Of a stretch of DNA of 64,000 bases, positions 36,601-51,600 are shown in pieces. The stretch's first letter is position 1. Every line of letters begins with the position of its first letter. The position numbers and the translations under genes were made by a program. Under the pieces are notes generated by a model. The model was not told where the DNA came from, did no database searches, and saw nothing but the letters and a program-made list of their open reading frames with translations. This stretch comes from Lama glama (lineage: Eukaryota): assembly GCA_028534125.1 (NCBI GenBank), contig CM052816.1:68822001-68886000 (forward strand). The letters run 5' to 3'.

Positions 36601-39600
36601 AGTACATAAAGAGAATGGTTACATTCCCATAAAACTTTATTTATGGATGCTGAAATTTCATATTTTTCACATGTCACCAAATATTTCCTCTTTTTGTCTT
36701 TTCAACCAGTTAAACATGCAAAAATCATTCTAAGCTCACAGGCCATACGGAAATAGGCACTGGGGCTGGATTTGGCCTGTAGGCCATAGTTTATCAGCTT
36801 CAGATGTATACATAAAATTCCATCTCCATTCAAGAAGGAGAGGTGAATATAATTCCATGAGTGTTTATTTCTAGTGAAGATGTTTTTCCAGGCCTTCTAC
36901 ATCTGTTAAATAATTTGTTTTAAAAATGTTAGTATATTATGTGAAAATAAATTGCCTCTGACTTCTAGCACAGATTCCTAGTAGGAAGTGTTGAATAATT
37001 GGCTATAGGAAGGAGGAATTTTTTTTTTTCAAAAACCAATCTGCAAAATAACAAGGCATGAAAAATAAATATAAGCAAAAACAAAAACAAATAAGCATCA
37101 TGGGTTTTTTTGATAGAAATGGAAACTTTAGAAGACCATCCAGTATTTAATCCAGCCATAAAGATTTCACATCAACAGAATGAAAGGAAGAAGCCTCCAG
37201 TAGCCGCAGAAGGGGAAAGTGCTTTGAACTTTAATTTATTTGAAAAATCTACAGCTGCTCCTGAAGAAGAGAAAGGTAAAATGAAGGAAAAATGTTCCAG
37301 GGCATAAAATGTAAATAATAAAATGTCAAGGAGTGTATAATTGAGAAATTATGTTACTTTGTATTCTGGCAAACTACATAAGATAGCAGTAGAGTTATGC
37401 TTCCATACACTGTCTTGGAAAAGTAATAATTATGATAACTTATGGTGATTACAAATATCTTGCTTCAGCCTCATCTCTCTCCAGCCCATCCTCCAAACTC
37501 CTGCCAGAATTATCTTTTCATAACACAGATCTAAATGTAAGTTTCCTGTGAAAAACTTTAATCAGTAACAAGTTCAAATCCTGTATCATGGCATTGAAGA
37601 TCCTTTGCATTCTGCCAGAGTCTACCTCTCCACTTTGTTCTCCAAGCTATGTACTACAGCCGCATCATTCTTTAAAACATATGCTCCATGACTTTGCTCA
37701 TCCTGTTATCCCCTTCTTGGCCAACCTTTCCCTTGCTTAGAGGTTCAAATCAAACAGCACCTCTTATTTAAACCTTCCCTGATTCCTGCTGTACCACCAG
37801 AGGTGTGTAAATGTTCTCTTCTTTGTGCTTCTAAGTAAATTACTGATTTAGCTAGTGTATTTATCAGTCTGTAATATAGTTAGTTGAGTCCCACACTTAA
37901 TTGTCAGTTCTTATTCTTTCCATAAATATTTATTGAATTTTTATTGTTCACAGTGTCAGTTACTAAAAAAAACTTAGTTTTTGCCCTCTTCAAGTACACA
38001 GTCTAGGAGGAAAGGTAAGCTTTAAATATACACAAATACATTATTACAAATTGTGATCTGTGCTATCAAAGAGAGAAAACTGGCTTCTATCAATAGAGAT
38101 AACAAGGGCGCCTAATTTAGATGAGAGAAACCTTCTGATACCTTGCTTTGACATCTGACAGGTGATTAGGTGTTTGGCTGGTAATAAGCTGGTGGAAAGA
38201 ACCTTCTAAGGAAAGAGGCACTACATTGGAAGTGTAAGGTGGAAAAAAGCTTAGCGCATCACTATTCAACAGAACACTATGATGGGAATGTTCTACATCT
38301 GCATTATCCCATGTAGTAGCTGCTAGCCAAATATGAGTAAACCGCCCCTTGAACAATGCAGGGGTTAGGGGCACTGTGCAGTCAAAAATCTGCATATAAC
38401 GTTTGACTTCCCCAGAACTTAACTGCTAATGGCCTACTATTGGCTGGAAGCCTTACTGATAACACAAACAGCTGATTAACACATATTTTGTATGTTATAT
38501 GTATTATATACTGTATTCTTACAATAAAGTAAGCTGGAAAAAAGAAAATGTTAAGAAAAATCATGACAAAATGCATTTACAGTACTGTTCTGTATTGATT
38601 CCATGAGTTTACATCATCTGTTTACAAGAGGAATCATCTGTCAGTACCTATATCAACATTGTACAAAACATTGTATGTGCTATATGTATTACTAACACTA
38701 GACATCAAAAATGAAAGGATAATGTGAAAAAGAAATTCTAATTTGTTTATAGGTACAATAATTCATGCATTGATAACAAAGAAGTAGCTTTAATGATAGG
38801 CTAGTGTAATCGACAAAGTTGCTTTGCTGTAGCCTGGCCTTAAACACTAATGAATGAATTATAAATTTTTATGGCTTACAGTGTTACAGTCATATTCATA
38901 ATATAGTATTGGAAACTTTGTTACATTTTTTAAAAAAACACTTACCTGTGATGATAGCCTGACATGCAGTTTCTCCAGTTATGAGAGAGGGGCATATTGT
39001 GTGGTAGTGTAATTCTTTGAAAGCAAAGTTATAAAACAGAAAACTAACAAGTTATCAATTTTATATTAAATATCGCCTAATGCCTATGTAAGGATAGGCT
39101 GTCCACTTCAATATAAGTCTTACACATGATGTTCTCCACGTATTTTTCTTTTATATTTATTTTAAAAGGAGGAGGGTGTAGCACAAATGGTAACAAGCAT
39201 GCTTAGCATGCATGAGGTCTTGGATTCAATCCCCAGTACCTCCTCTAAAAATAAAAAAGTAAACCTAATTACCTCCCCCCCAAAAAAACAAACCAAACCA
39301 AACAAAAAAAAATTTTTTTAATAAAAAATGTGCATATAAATGGACTTGTGCAGTTCAAACCCATGTTGTTCAAGGGTCAGCTGTATCAAGCACTTGAAAT
39401 GTGACTATAGTACAACTGAGAAACTGAAATTTTAATTGTAATTAATTTAAATGTAGCCACATGTGGCTGGTGACCACTGTATTGGGCTAGGCAGGTTTAG
39501 AGCAGTTAAGGAATTGACTAATGACCAGTGTTGGCTGCTGCATGGTGAGAATGATGGAAAAATGACAAGAAATAGGCAGGGATGGGCCATGGAGAGCTTT

Positions 39601-42600
39601 TAGACAGTAGTGAAAAATTTGGACTTTATGTTAAACATAACATGAAGCTATTGAAGGTGGTGGTAGTGGCAGCTGTTAAGCAAAGAATGACATCTGATTT
39701 ATATCTTTCCAAAGGATTGCCCTTCCTGTGTGGCAGCCTGCCAGACATTGTAATTCAAAGTATTCTAAACAATTCATCAATGCATAGTATCATAGATATT
39801 TTTACAAGAATATATAACTTAAGATACTTTTCTTAAAAGTCAGATTTTCACTAATTCTGTCCATCAAGAGGATTTCCTTGCATCACTTATAGAAGAGCAG
39901 AACTTTCTTTTTATCCTTTCTTAACCTATTCTCTTCTAAAATCCCTCAGAAGAGATTGTATATTACTGCATGTCCATTTTAAAGACCCAATCTTTTCCTA
40001 TCATTTTAGGGAAAAAGAAAGAACCTCATGATGTAAGAAATTTTGACTATACTACTCGAAGCTGGACTGGAAAATCTCCCAAACAATTTCTGATTGATTG
40101 GGTCAGGAAGAATCTTCCCAAGAGTCCAAATCCTTCCTTTGAAAAAGTTCCAGTAGGTAGATACTGGAAATGTAGGTATGTTTTTCAGTTAATTGAATGA
40201 ACTTTTAGGAAAATCTAAGATGAGAATCTTTTTGTTTCTTATGAGTTAAGTAGACGTTTAGGAAGCTTAATTCCATATCTCAGGTTGATAGTGTTTGTAA
40301 GTTACTATCTAGTACAATGTCTGCCATGGAAATACTTAATTTAAATAGTGTGAACTACAGTTCAGTGTTAATGGAATTCTGACCTTTTTTACTTCATTAG
40401 TTTTATTTTTAAATGTTTTTGGCTTCTTTGTAGGGTAAGGGTAATCAAGTCTGAAGATGACGTACTGGTGGTCTGCCCTACAATCTTAACAGAGGATGGC
40501 ATGCAAGCTCAGCACCTGGGAGCTACTTTGGCTCTTTATCGTTTAGTGAAAGGGCAGGTGAGACTTTTTAGATCTAGGTGTTTCAAAAATCATTTGTGGA
40601 GTAGTGAGTATATTTTGTCAACATAAAACTGTACCTGCATGTGGAAGGTAATATTTAATTATGGCCCTTTGTGCCAGTTTTCTTTTTACTGAATGCTGCT
40701 TCTGATTAATCCTTGTTTCTGCTTATTTATAACTTTGACTTCCTCGCTCCCCTAAAGATAATTCAGTCTTCTCCTTAGACCAAAGGCTCTGAACCGTTTA
40801 CAAGCTGTACTAATTTACAGATTAAAAAATAGTTGTGTTAGAGTGGATGAATTAAGGAGAATTTTAAAATTTGTTTTCCTTAAATGTTACATTGTCTCTC
40901 AACTATAAAAAATTAGACATTGGTTCCAGTTTTCAATTTCAGGCTATATTGATTATAAGCTTCCAGCTTAAGGAAAGATGAAAATAAAGTACTACTGAAG
41001 AAAGCACTTTTAAGAGACTATAATGCCCCTTTTTTTGTGGGGTGGGGTGGGGAGTGGTATTGTCACCTTTTTTAAAATAATAAATGTGTGTATCTTTCTT
41101 CATGGGAAATTAGAACCACTGAAAATTTAGACAGTTATTAAGTGGAACTCCAAACAATAGTTCTTTTCCATTTTCTGTCAGTAGACACTCTTAATGTCTT
41201 TATTTCCCTCATTTTGCAAAATAAGGTATCATAAGGTAAGCTTAACTGAAGGAAATGACTACCAGTGTTATAGAAATCATTATGGGCTCTTTTATAACAC
41301 AGAATTAGAATAACTTAGATTCCATCCAGTGTAGTTCATTTTAAATTATACAACTGCCAGACTCTCAGAGGGAACTTGTTTTAGAAATGCTTTATGGATC
41401 ATCTACACATTCATATAGCAGCACTATAAGAATAAATAATAAACATGTATTTAGTAGTTTACTGTGATCCAGTAATAAGCATTTTATATGATTAACTTAG
41501 TCTTCCTCAGAGTATGCCTATAAGGGAAGTGCTCTTATTAGCCCCATTTTACAGATATAGAAACTAAAGCACAGAGTGGTTAAGTTACAAGCCGAAGGTC
41601 TTACAGCTAGTTAGTCTAGAAACCTAAATATGATAAGCTGTTTGTAAATTTGTGTCATATGCATGTATATCTTATATTAATGTAATAACTTATTAGTTTA
41701 AGAGACATTTTAAGAAGATAGCTATCCTTTTAAGTTCTAACCTATTGAATTTTGGTATCGAGTAGTTAGTGAAAACAACATACTATGGTTTTGGTCTTTT
41801 TTTTCCCCCTTTATAGTCAGTTCATCAGTTGCTTCCTCCCACTTACCGAGATGTTTGGCTGGAGTGGAGTGATACAGAAAAGAAAAAGGAAGAATTAAAT
41901 AAAATGGAAACCAATAAACCACGTGATCTTTTTATTGCCAAACTTCTGAATAAACTGAAACAGCAGCAGCAGCAGCAACAACAGCATTCTGAAAATAAGA
42001 GAGAAAACTCAGAAGATCCTGAGGAATCTTGGGAAAATTTAGTTTCTGATGAGGATTTCTCTGCATTGTCCTTGGAATCAGAAAAGGCAGAAGACTTGGA
42101 ACCTGTTAGGAACCTCTTTAGAAGGTTGCAAAGCACACCTAAGTACCAGAGACTTCTAAAGGAAAGGCAACAGTTACCTGTGTTCAAACACAGGAATTCA
42201 GTTGTTGAAACTCTTAAAAGGCACAGGGTTGTGGTTGTGGCAGGTGAAACAGGGAGTGGTAAAAGTACTCAAGTGCCACATTTTCTATTGGAAGATTTGC
42301 TTCTAAATGAGTGTGGAACAAGTAAATGTAACATTGTCTGTACCCAGCCCCGCAGAATCTCAGCGGTGAGTTTAGCCACAAGAGTGTGTGATGAATTGGG
42401 CTGTGAAAATGGACCTGGAGGAAAGGTAAGCTGTTGTTTGAATGGTAACATTACTCACTCGTAGTCTTGGGATCCAAATGGCACCTGTACCATATGTGAG
42501 TTTTGACTGATACTGGTTGTTCAGTAGCACATCCCAGGCACTTTCCATGTTTTTGAGAGATCTGATGTTATGCCACTCTTCTTCAGATGAAAAGGACTGT

Positions 42601-45600
42601 CAGTAATTGTTATTAAAATTCTCATATAAAAGGAAAAATACACTCACTTTAGTAATTGAGTATTCAAATATATTACATACTAAATTGATCATTCAAAGAA
42701 TATAAACACATACAAATATAACTCTAATATCATATATCGCAAGTTTTCGAAATCTTTCCTGTGGAAAGTATCCCTGGATGATTTTCATTAGTTCAGTGAA
42801 CAGAAGGAAAAAACAATATAGAAGAAAATGCCAGACTATTTGCAAATCCTGTTATATAAAAATAATAGAGAAAGGACTTAGATATCTACTGTTGTGCATT
42901 TTGCCATGGAAGTATACACAAAACTGGCTGGACCTTAACCAAACATGATAAATTCCAAGTTCATATAACTCAGCTGAATTATACTTGGAATTGTTCTTTT
43001 TAGATACAGAATTTAACATTTTTGTCTCTATCTTTAAGCTAGGTACCCCTTCATTAAAAAATTTTATGTGGCAGTTTGTCTAGGTTTCTTTCATGAAATG
43101 TAATAGTTAAAAAGACATGATTTCTGTCTTATAAGGCATTTACATTTAAGGGCTTAAAGGGATGATACATGTATACAAATAAAACAAAGGAATGACTGAA
43201 GGAGTAAGAAAGAAAATGTGATAGAAAGATTCCCATCAGACACCACTGGTTTTTAATGGTGGCAACTTTTATGAGATCCTGATAGAAAAGTAGACCAAAT
43301 TGAAGGAGCTGCTCCAGAATTCTGTTCCTGAGTACCTCAATGTTTTGCTCCAAGAAAATTTAATAAGAAATCAATTAAATCTATTAATATTTTCATAATC
43401 ATGTTAACAGTACTCAAAGCAGATGAACAGTTTTTGTTTCAACACTCTGAAAATAAAAAAGATTTTTCTTGTTTAAAATTGCCAAAACATTTTATAGTTT
43501 TATATAATTGAAGACCATGGGAAAGTAATAAATTGCACCAAATAGATTTACTTAGACTGCTCCATATAGTAGCGGGATCAACACCTGTGCTTCACTTTTT
43601 AAGGCTTGTTTCCTAGATCACTTGTGAAAATATAATCTTGGCCTTGTGTCCTCCCTTCAGAATTCTTTGTGTGGATATCAGATCCGGATGGAGTCTCGAG
43701 CTGGTGAATCTACCAGGTTACTCTATTGTACAACAGGGGTTTTGCTAAGGAAACTTCAAGAAGATAGTCTCTTAACTAATGTGTCTCATGTTATTGTAGA
43801 TGAGGTGAGTAGATTCTATAGTCACGTTCAGAAAAAATTCTAAACATTTTTGTATCAAAATTATGTTACTCCTAATATTAGCTAACTTTTTCTTCATGCT
43901 TATAAATGCTCAACACTTCACATATAACTACTATTTAATTTCCTCTAACAAATGTGTGTCATATTAATTGATTTATTTAACAAATACTGTATAACATTTG
44001 CTAGATGCAGTGCTGTTCTAAGGACTTTCATATATATAATTTCATTTAATCCTTCCAGCAATCCAGTGAAGTAGATTTTATTATCCCTATTTTACAGTTG
44101 AGGAAACCGAGGCACACAAAGGTTAAATAGGTTGCTCATGTTCACCCAACCAGTAAGTTCTGCAACTGGGGATTCAAACCCAGCAATCTGGCTGCAGCCA
44201 TCCCTTACCTGCTGCTGCTCAACTACATTTGTTCAAAGGTTTTCTCTGATTCTTATAAAAATGAGGAATCCTCATCAACATGTCATTTTTCTCTATAGAT
44301 ATACCCCTACTTGAGTAAAGTTGAATACACATTTAAAATTGAATTATTTTAAATGGTATACTAACTTAGTATATGTAAACTGATTTGTATATAATCTATT
44401 GAAGAAGAAATAAGATGTATAGCATTTCTATTATTCAAAATTTTTTTTCATTTTCCTGATACAAAGTTTGTATGAACATCTGTTAATTCACAAAGTTCAG
44501 AAGGCATTAGTGAAAGTTCAGTCATTCTTTGATTCTTAATAGACTACATACAGATTATTGCATTTTTTCCTGCTTTTGGTTAGTAAGTATTAGAAGTATA
44601 GAGAGATACAAATATGAAAATAAAAATTATCTATAGTCTTATGACCCAGGAAAAAAATCAATGTTGACATTTGTGTATTTTTGTATGTGTATATTTAGTA
44701 TGTGTGTATATTTATTTTCAAAGTCTTTCATCATTTGATAGTCTACAGAAACATTTTTAATAGCTTTATAATAATATATAATTTGGATGTCCCATAATTT
44801 AACCATTTTCCTGTTGTTGGACAAGCTTAGGTTAAGATGTGTTTAAATATATTTTGGTAATAGATAAGAGATAGGAATTCATTTTTATCTTTGGAGTCTT
44901 TATTCTTTAATGGAGGAAGAAACTGTACTATTATCACTAAGGTGTCTAAAAGGTGGTGGGTGGGTATAGCTCAGTGGTAGAGCACATGCTTAGCATGCGT
45001 GAGGTTCGGGGTTCAGTCCCCAGTACCTCCACTTAAAAATTTAAAAAAATAAAAAATAAAGATGTCAAAAAGAAAGAGGATGTATGGCTGCTTAACTGAG
45101 TAGGCCCATGGGTAACTGCTTCTGGCAGTGATGGGTGGAGAATGGGGTGTCATAGCTTTGCATAGCCAAGACCTAGATTTATCAGTATCCTCAGGAATCA
45201 ACTTAAGTTAAAATGCTAATTTACTATTTATAGTGAGAATTTTTTTGCTGCTAGGTAAGATAAAATATTTGTATTAGCTAGTCAATAAGTTTTCTTGGAG
45301 CCCCAAATTATTAGAAAATTGCTTAGTAAATATACATCAGAGTGAACCATAATTTAAAAGTCAGACCAACTTCAGGGAGCTGCTCTTTAATGGTTTAGTA
45401 TTAACAGTCTGTAGATGTGATTTACTGAATTGTGCTTCATGTGATACTGTCAACTTCTTGTTGAACAGTACAGTAAGAGTAAGAAGAAGCCCAGGGAAGT
45501 TCATCATCATTGAGTATAAGTTGAGTATAACAATGTAAGAGGTGCTGGGACAGAGTTCATTGTATTATTTAGGACCTTCTTTATTAAAATGCTCAGGATA

Positions 45601-48600
45601 ATACTTCTGGCTTTCTTATTAGCAATAGTTGTGTGATTTGTTTGTCTACAGTCAGTGTGTGATTAAGTCGCTTTTCCTTTGACTGCTGGTATGTTTACAG
45701 CCAAACTTTTTGCCCACCTCTCCCAGGTGTACTTAATAAAGTACACATTTTTATTAGTTCTATTTTATGTTTTATCCTCATTTTTTATTCTTTTTTTAAA
45801 AAATCAGTATCTGTATAAATTACCATCTATTTGAGGAGGTTCTCTAGATCTGTTTCATCCATCAGAAAAAAATCTCTCTCTTGAGATTCAGATATAATAT
45901 ATATCCTGGTCAAACCACCAAAGTAAAAACATCCAAGATTATTCCTTCTTCTTTCTCCCATATCCCCTAAATTCAGTCACCTAGACTTACTGGTTTTACT
46001 TTTCTCAATATTCACTGGTATAACCCTCATGTAGGCTACCATGATCTCTCTAATTACTACAAAAGTCTCTGATTAAACTTCCTGCACTCTGTTTTGTTGT
46101 CCTTTACTACATTCTTCACGTTTTAGCTGGAGTTATCTTTTTAAAACAAAATTCAGGCCACATGATTCCCTTGCTTTAAAATGTCTTATTCACTACACTA
46201 ACTCATTAGGATAAAGTCTCAGCTCCTTAACAGGTTTATAAGACTTTATATGGACAGATTATGGAGTACCTCACCAGCTCTCTCTCTTGCTCATTCTTCA
46301 TCCCGTGTTCAAGGCATCATTTCTGTTTCTCCATTTCCTAAAATGTATTATGATCTCCTGACCACCATGGTTTAGCACAAGTTGTATCCCATGACCGCCT
46401 GAGTTAGCTACCCTTCACATATAATTTCAAACCATCCTCTACAGTATCCTCCTGCAAGGCTGCAAACTCTGAAATGGAAAGACTGTCTTGATCATTTTTT
46501 AATTCCCAGCATCTAGCACGATGCTGAGTATTGTTTGTTAGGCTCAAAGGGCTTTGCATGATCTCATTTGATAGTTACAAACACTCTATAGTTTGTATTT
46601 GTATTCTTATTTTATAGAAAAAGAAGTAGACCCAAAGATATTTAAATAACTTAAAGTCATATTTTAAGTAACCAAGCCAAGAAGAATTGAACTTAAGCAA
46701 TTCATTCTGGAGCCTGAACATTTAGCCACTGTTGCCTCCCTTCTAAGCAAATGAATGATCGAACCTGTTTTATTTTTTGTTATTTTGATGTATTCTATCT
46801 TTTGTGTGCTACCTTAAATCTTATAAAATAAAATGCATAGAAATAAGTCCCAGTACAGAAAGTTGGAATATAGACTAGTACTTATACAGCAGATGTTAAA
46901 TTCTGACAGTGTCCCATGTTTTCATGCTCTATAGCAAGTTTATAGTGCTCTTCACTAAAAATACATCTGTTGGAAGGGCATTAGAATCTTTGTTGATAGA
47001 GAATCTGTCAGATTCCTACTAATCAGATTCCCTCTTTTCTACATAGTGGATAAACCATCTGTCTTCTTGCAGTTTTGTGTCTGTACATTTTTGTATTAGT
47101 AGCAGAGCTTTAAGAGTTACTCTGGCTTCTAAGTGAAATTTGGGAGATACCCTAATCTTATCAGCTAAACACTAACAAACCATCTCCTAGGGTAGAGACC
47201 TACTATCATAGCTATTCTTATTCATTATTTGCTGATTTTTACCAACTTCAAATTTGGAGGGTGGCTTTATTTTCAGTTCCGAAGATCTGCCTTACTTGAA
47301 ACATACATCTTCTCTCTCCCTCCACGTGTACGTATGTAACCATTGGTTACCTTTTAGAAGATTTGAGTGTCTGACTGTTTTAGCCTCTTACTAGACCTTA
47401 TAAATGATTAATTTTTATTCCCTTTATATTAGGTTCATGAAAGAAGTGTCCAGTCAGACTTCCTATTAATTATCTTGAAAGAAATTTTACAGAAACGCTC
47501 TGACCTACACTTGATTCTAATGAGTGCCACTGTAGACAGTGAGAAGTTTTCTACCTATTTCACACACTGCCCTATTCTGAGAATTTCAGGAAGAAGTTAC
47601 CCTGTTGAGGTAAGTTTTCTTCATAATGCATATGTAAACAGAAACTGCATTTTCACCAACAAGCATTTCCAGAAGATAGGCCCATATAGTCTGAGCCTAG
47701 AACTATTTCTAGGGTATTGAAAGTCAGGAGAGGGCCTGGAGATGGCCTTTATCAGCTGATAAAGACTACTCTTTTAATTGGTTTTCACATGTAAATATAC
47801 ACCATAATGTCCTTTGTCCTGAAAAATTCGAGGGACAGACAGATCCATCTGTATCAGCCAAGTTCTTTATTTGCAAATAATGCAGAAGAAAAGCTTTTTT
47901 CATAATATTCTAAATTAGCATTAGATAACATTCAAAAGGTAACAATCCCTTGTTCTCTTTAAAATGTATTTACTGAAATGAATTTGAATTCACCATTTAT
48001 ATGCCTTAATCTGTGCAGGTTTTTCATCTTGAAGATATAATAGAAGAAACAGGCTTTGTACTGGAGAAAGATTCAGAATATTGTCAGAAATTTCTGGAAG
48101 AGGAAGAAGAAATAACCATTAATGTTACAAGCAAAGCAGGGGGAACAAACAAGTATCAGGTAAAAATAAAATATTTTGAAAGACATCTGATAGTGATATC
48201 CAGGGCACAGACTGCCATGAGAGTTTTAAATCATGTGGCTGGCACAGTGCATTCAAATATAATTTGGTAGAAGAGGATAGATATGATTATGAGCAAATTT
48301 TAAAGGTCATTTCTTTAATCTTTGTTTCACAACTCTAGTCTTCAGTTTATGATATTTTGTCTTCTTACACTATTCTTAGCCATATAGATACACGTAAAAA
48401 GTCCAGGACTTTATAAATTAAAAGCAGCTTTTATTGTTTTGTAGCAGGGATCAATTATTGAGGAGTAAATTTGTAGTGATCTTCTCTACTTTATCTCAGC
48501 ACCTTAGGTAGTCAGAAATGTGGCAGGTCCAATATCTAGATCCTTGCCTTTGTTTTTTTTTCTAACAGCCTCTGACCTGGCATGAGCCAACTTTAGTCCT

Positions 48601-51600
48601 ACAGTGAAGCTATCCAGGGCAAGCACAGTTCTTCATAGAGTTAGTTCAGTTTCAATGACACAGTTTTAGAAATATCACAAGAGGTACCTTATTCTGCCTT
48701 TTAGCCAGTGGTATTATATACAGTTATTTTCATTATATCCATGATATTTCATTTATCTGATGGAAGCACAGAGCTATGGTTACTTTATCTTTCAATTGAG
48801 CATATAAGTGAAGATACTAAAAAACTAAAATCTTTCCCTAAAACTGCAGAGATAGAAATTAGAAACTAAAGAAAGACTTCAAAAAATTAAAAATATTTCA
48901 AAAGAGATGACTGGAACTCAGCAGCCAAAGTAGAATCTAGAAGGAATGAGACAGGTGTATACTACTTACTAAAGTTGTGACCTCTCTTGGCTTGGCTGCT
49001 TTTCAGTTGCCAAGAAAAATGCATCCATTGTTCTGTTTTTCTTTGTTTCTTCTTTAATTTAGTATTTACATGCCAAGATAAAAAGCTTTTCTTAAGGAGG
49101 CTGGATGAAATTAAATTAGTAAGAGAGATGAAATTGTGTAATACTTTAATACTGTTAAAAATGTATTCTTTTTATATTTTAACCAAATAATGGTGACAGA
49201 AAAATACAGATTTGAGTGAATGCAAATATATTTTCCTTTGTCTTATAAAAATACTTAATATTTTTATTCATCTCTTTCTGATTGTGTTTTCTTTTAGGAA
49301 TACATCCCAGTTCAGACTGGAACAAGTGCTGATTTAAATCCATTTTACCAGAAGTACAGTGCCCGCACTCAGCATGCTATTCTCTACATGAATCCTCATA
49401 AAATCAACCTGGATCTCATTTTGGAACTTCTGACATACTTAGGTATGTATCTGTTTCCAATGTGTCACCATTTGTTTTGATAAAACTTTTCTACTAGCTA
49501 GAGATGTTTTATTAATTTTATTAATATCTTATATGCTCTTCCTTATTTTGAATATTGTATCTTTTTAAAAATTTCAGACAGAAGTCCCCAGTTCAAAAAT
49601 GTTGAAGGAGCAGTACTGATCTTTCTACCAGGCCTTGCTCATATTCAGCAGTTGTATGATCTCTTATCCACTGACAGAAGATTTTTTTCAGATCGGTAAC
49701 TATAAAACTTCATTATATTCCTGGTAGTTTTAAAATAGAAAAATGTTTTGTGTATTATAACTCTTGATCAGAGTTGTCAAAGTCTTTCTACCTTCAGTTA
49801 AAATTGTCCATAGTGGAGTAAGTTTTTTTTTTTTTAATTTCTATCACAGCATTTTATCTACTAAAAATTTTAGATACTATTTCTGCATTTTTTTTCTTAA
49901 TATGATTAAGCAGAGGGAATCCTGTGGTTAAGAATAAGATGGTGACTCCCCTCCCCAACCCACTGGTAGTGCAAAACCCCAACAAAATTGCAGTTTATCA
50001 TCCATACATATTGAACTGGCTCTTTACTATGTCTGTTTTGATACAGTTTATTACTGCTATTATGGTTATCATTTCAACATCAGAATATATTTTTTAAATT
50101 CTTTAAACCCTACATTCTATATGATTCATTCATATTAATTTTTTTCTCTTTGATGAGTATATATGGGGTTTCATTGTCCCGTTCTCACAACTTTTGTGTG
50201 TTTAAAACTTTTCATAATAAAAAATTTAAAAGTTGCTTCTTATTTGCAAATAAATTTTGTTATTCTTTGCAGTGTCTTCTAAAGAGAAACTTGCTAAGAA
50301 CTATGATTTTAACTTTCAGATATAAAGTGATAGCTCTGCATTCTATTCTTTCAACTCAAGATCAAGCTGCAGCATTCACACTTCCTCCTCAAGGAGTCAG
50401 GAAGGTAAAATTCAGTATAGCAAATTTATATGTAATCCAACTGAAGAATATTTCATGAAAGTGTTATGACTTTTTATCATCAAAGACAATATTAAATGTC
50501 TTATGATGCGTGGCAGACTCCAGATGCTCTGCAGTTTAACATAATCAAAAATGAACCCAATATTACAATTTATATTATATTTCAGTTTATATTAGGTGTT
50601 TATATTATGTATTGTTAAAGACTTTAGGGGAGTGGTAGTTTTAAAATATGGCATGGATGTTGCTTGTGAAAAGAAAAGAAAAATGACTACTTTTCCTTCA
50701 AGAAGATATCACAAAGGATGTTGCTTGTCAGGAGCTACTTGAATCCTGAGCGAGTTCTCTGTTTTTCTCTAGGTTACTCTTTCCTGATTATTTTTTGTAA
50801 TACACAAAGCATTCGGTTAGGAAACAGTCTCAGTATTTTGTCTCCTCTGTTCAGGATTCTGAATGAAGAAATACTTGGCAAAGAGAGTTTCTCAGATTTT
50901 GACACTCTCTTAGAGGAAAAAAACACAATGTAGAAACTATGAGGAATACAGAGCCCCCAGCAAGAGCCTGGACTATAATGCAGGAGAACTGAGTTCTTGC
51001 CTCTAAGCCACTGCGATGTCTGTGGCCTTTGGCAACCCACTCAGCCTCACTTTCTCATCTTTAAAAGGAGATGGATTAAACTGATGCGTTTCTAACTGTG
51101 CTCTGAAATCTCCAAGGATTCAGAGATTGTGCTCTGATCTGTAACATTTGGGCTTCCCTGTAAAATTTTGTCTGAAGAAAAAAGTTCCACCTCTTTAAAA
51201 AATTCTGATCACCTAGGTCCCATCTAAGTCTTAATAATCTGGGTTCTATTTCCTAGAATAAGTGAATAAGAAAAGCAGGCATTCAGTATTAAAATACAAA
51301 GTTGAGCTAGAGTGATAATATACTGAATTTGACCTAGAATTTCCTAAATGTTTTACCTCCGAGGATTCAACAGAAAAATAAAAACAAAACACAGAAGACT
51401 GCACTCTTCAGCCGTCACCATTAAGAATTTTATAGCTAGAATTCCTACCTCCTAATTTGCAGGTCAGGTAACTGAAGGCCAAAGAAGTAAAATGACTTGC
51501 CCAGGTCACAAAGCTAATATAGTAAGTAAGTAGCAAAGCCAGGGCAGCAACCCACCAGTTCTTCTTACTGAAGAACTACTACTATTTTTTCCCTAATAAC

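Noticed and set aside
41961..41984. Gln8 tract as a repeat expansion
   Set aside because: Short, interrupted by CAA, and similar in length to the tract I recall in human DHX29
41843..42187. Antisense ORF with a poly-Cys run
   Set aside because: Reverse complement of the CAG tract in DHX29 exon 11
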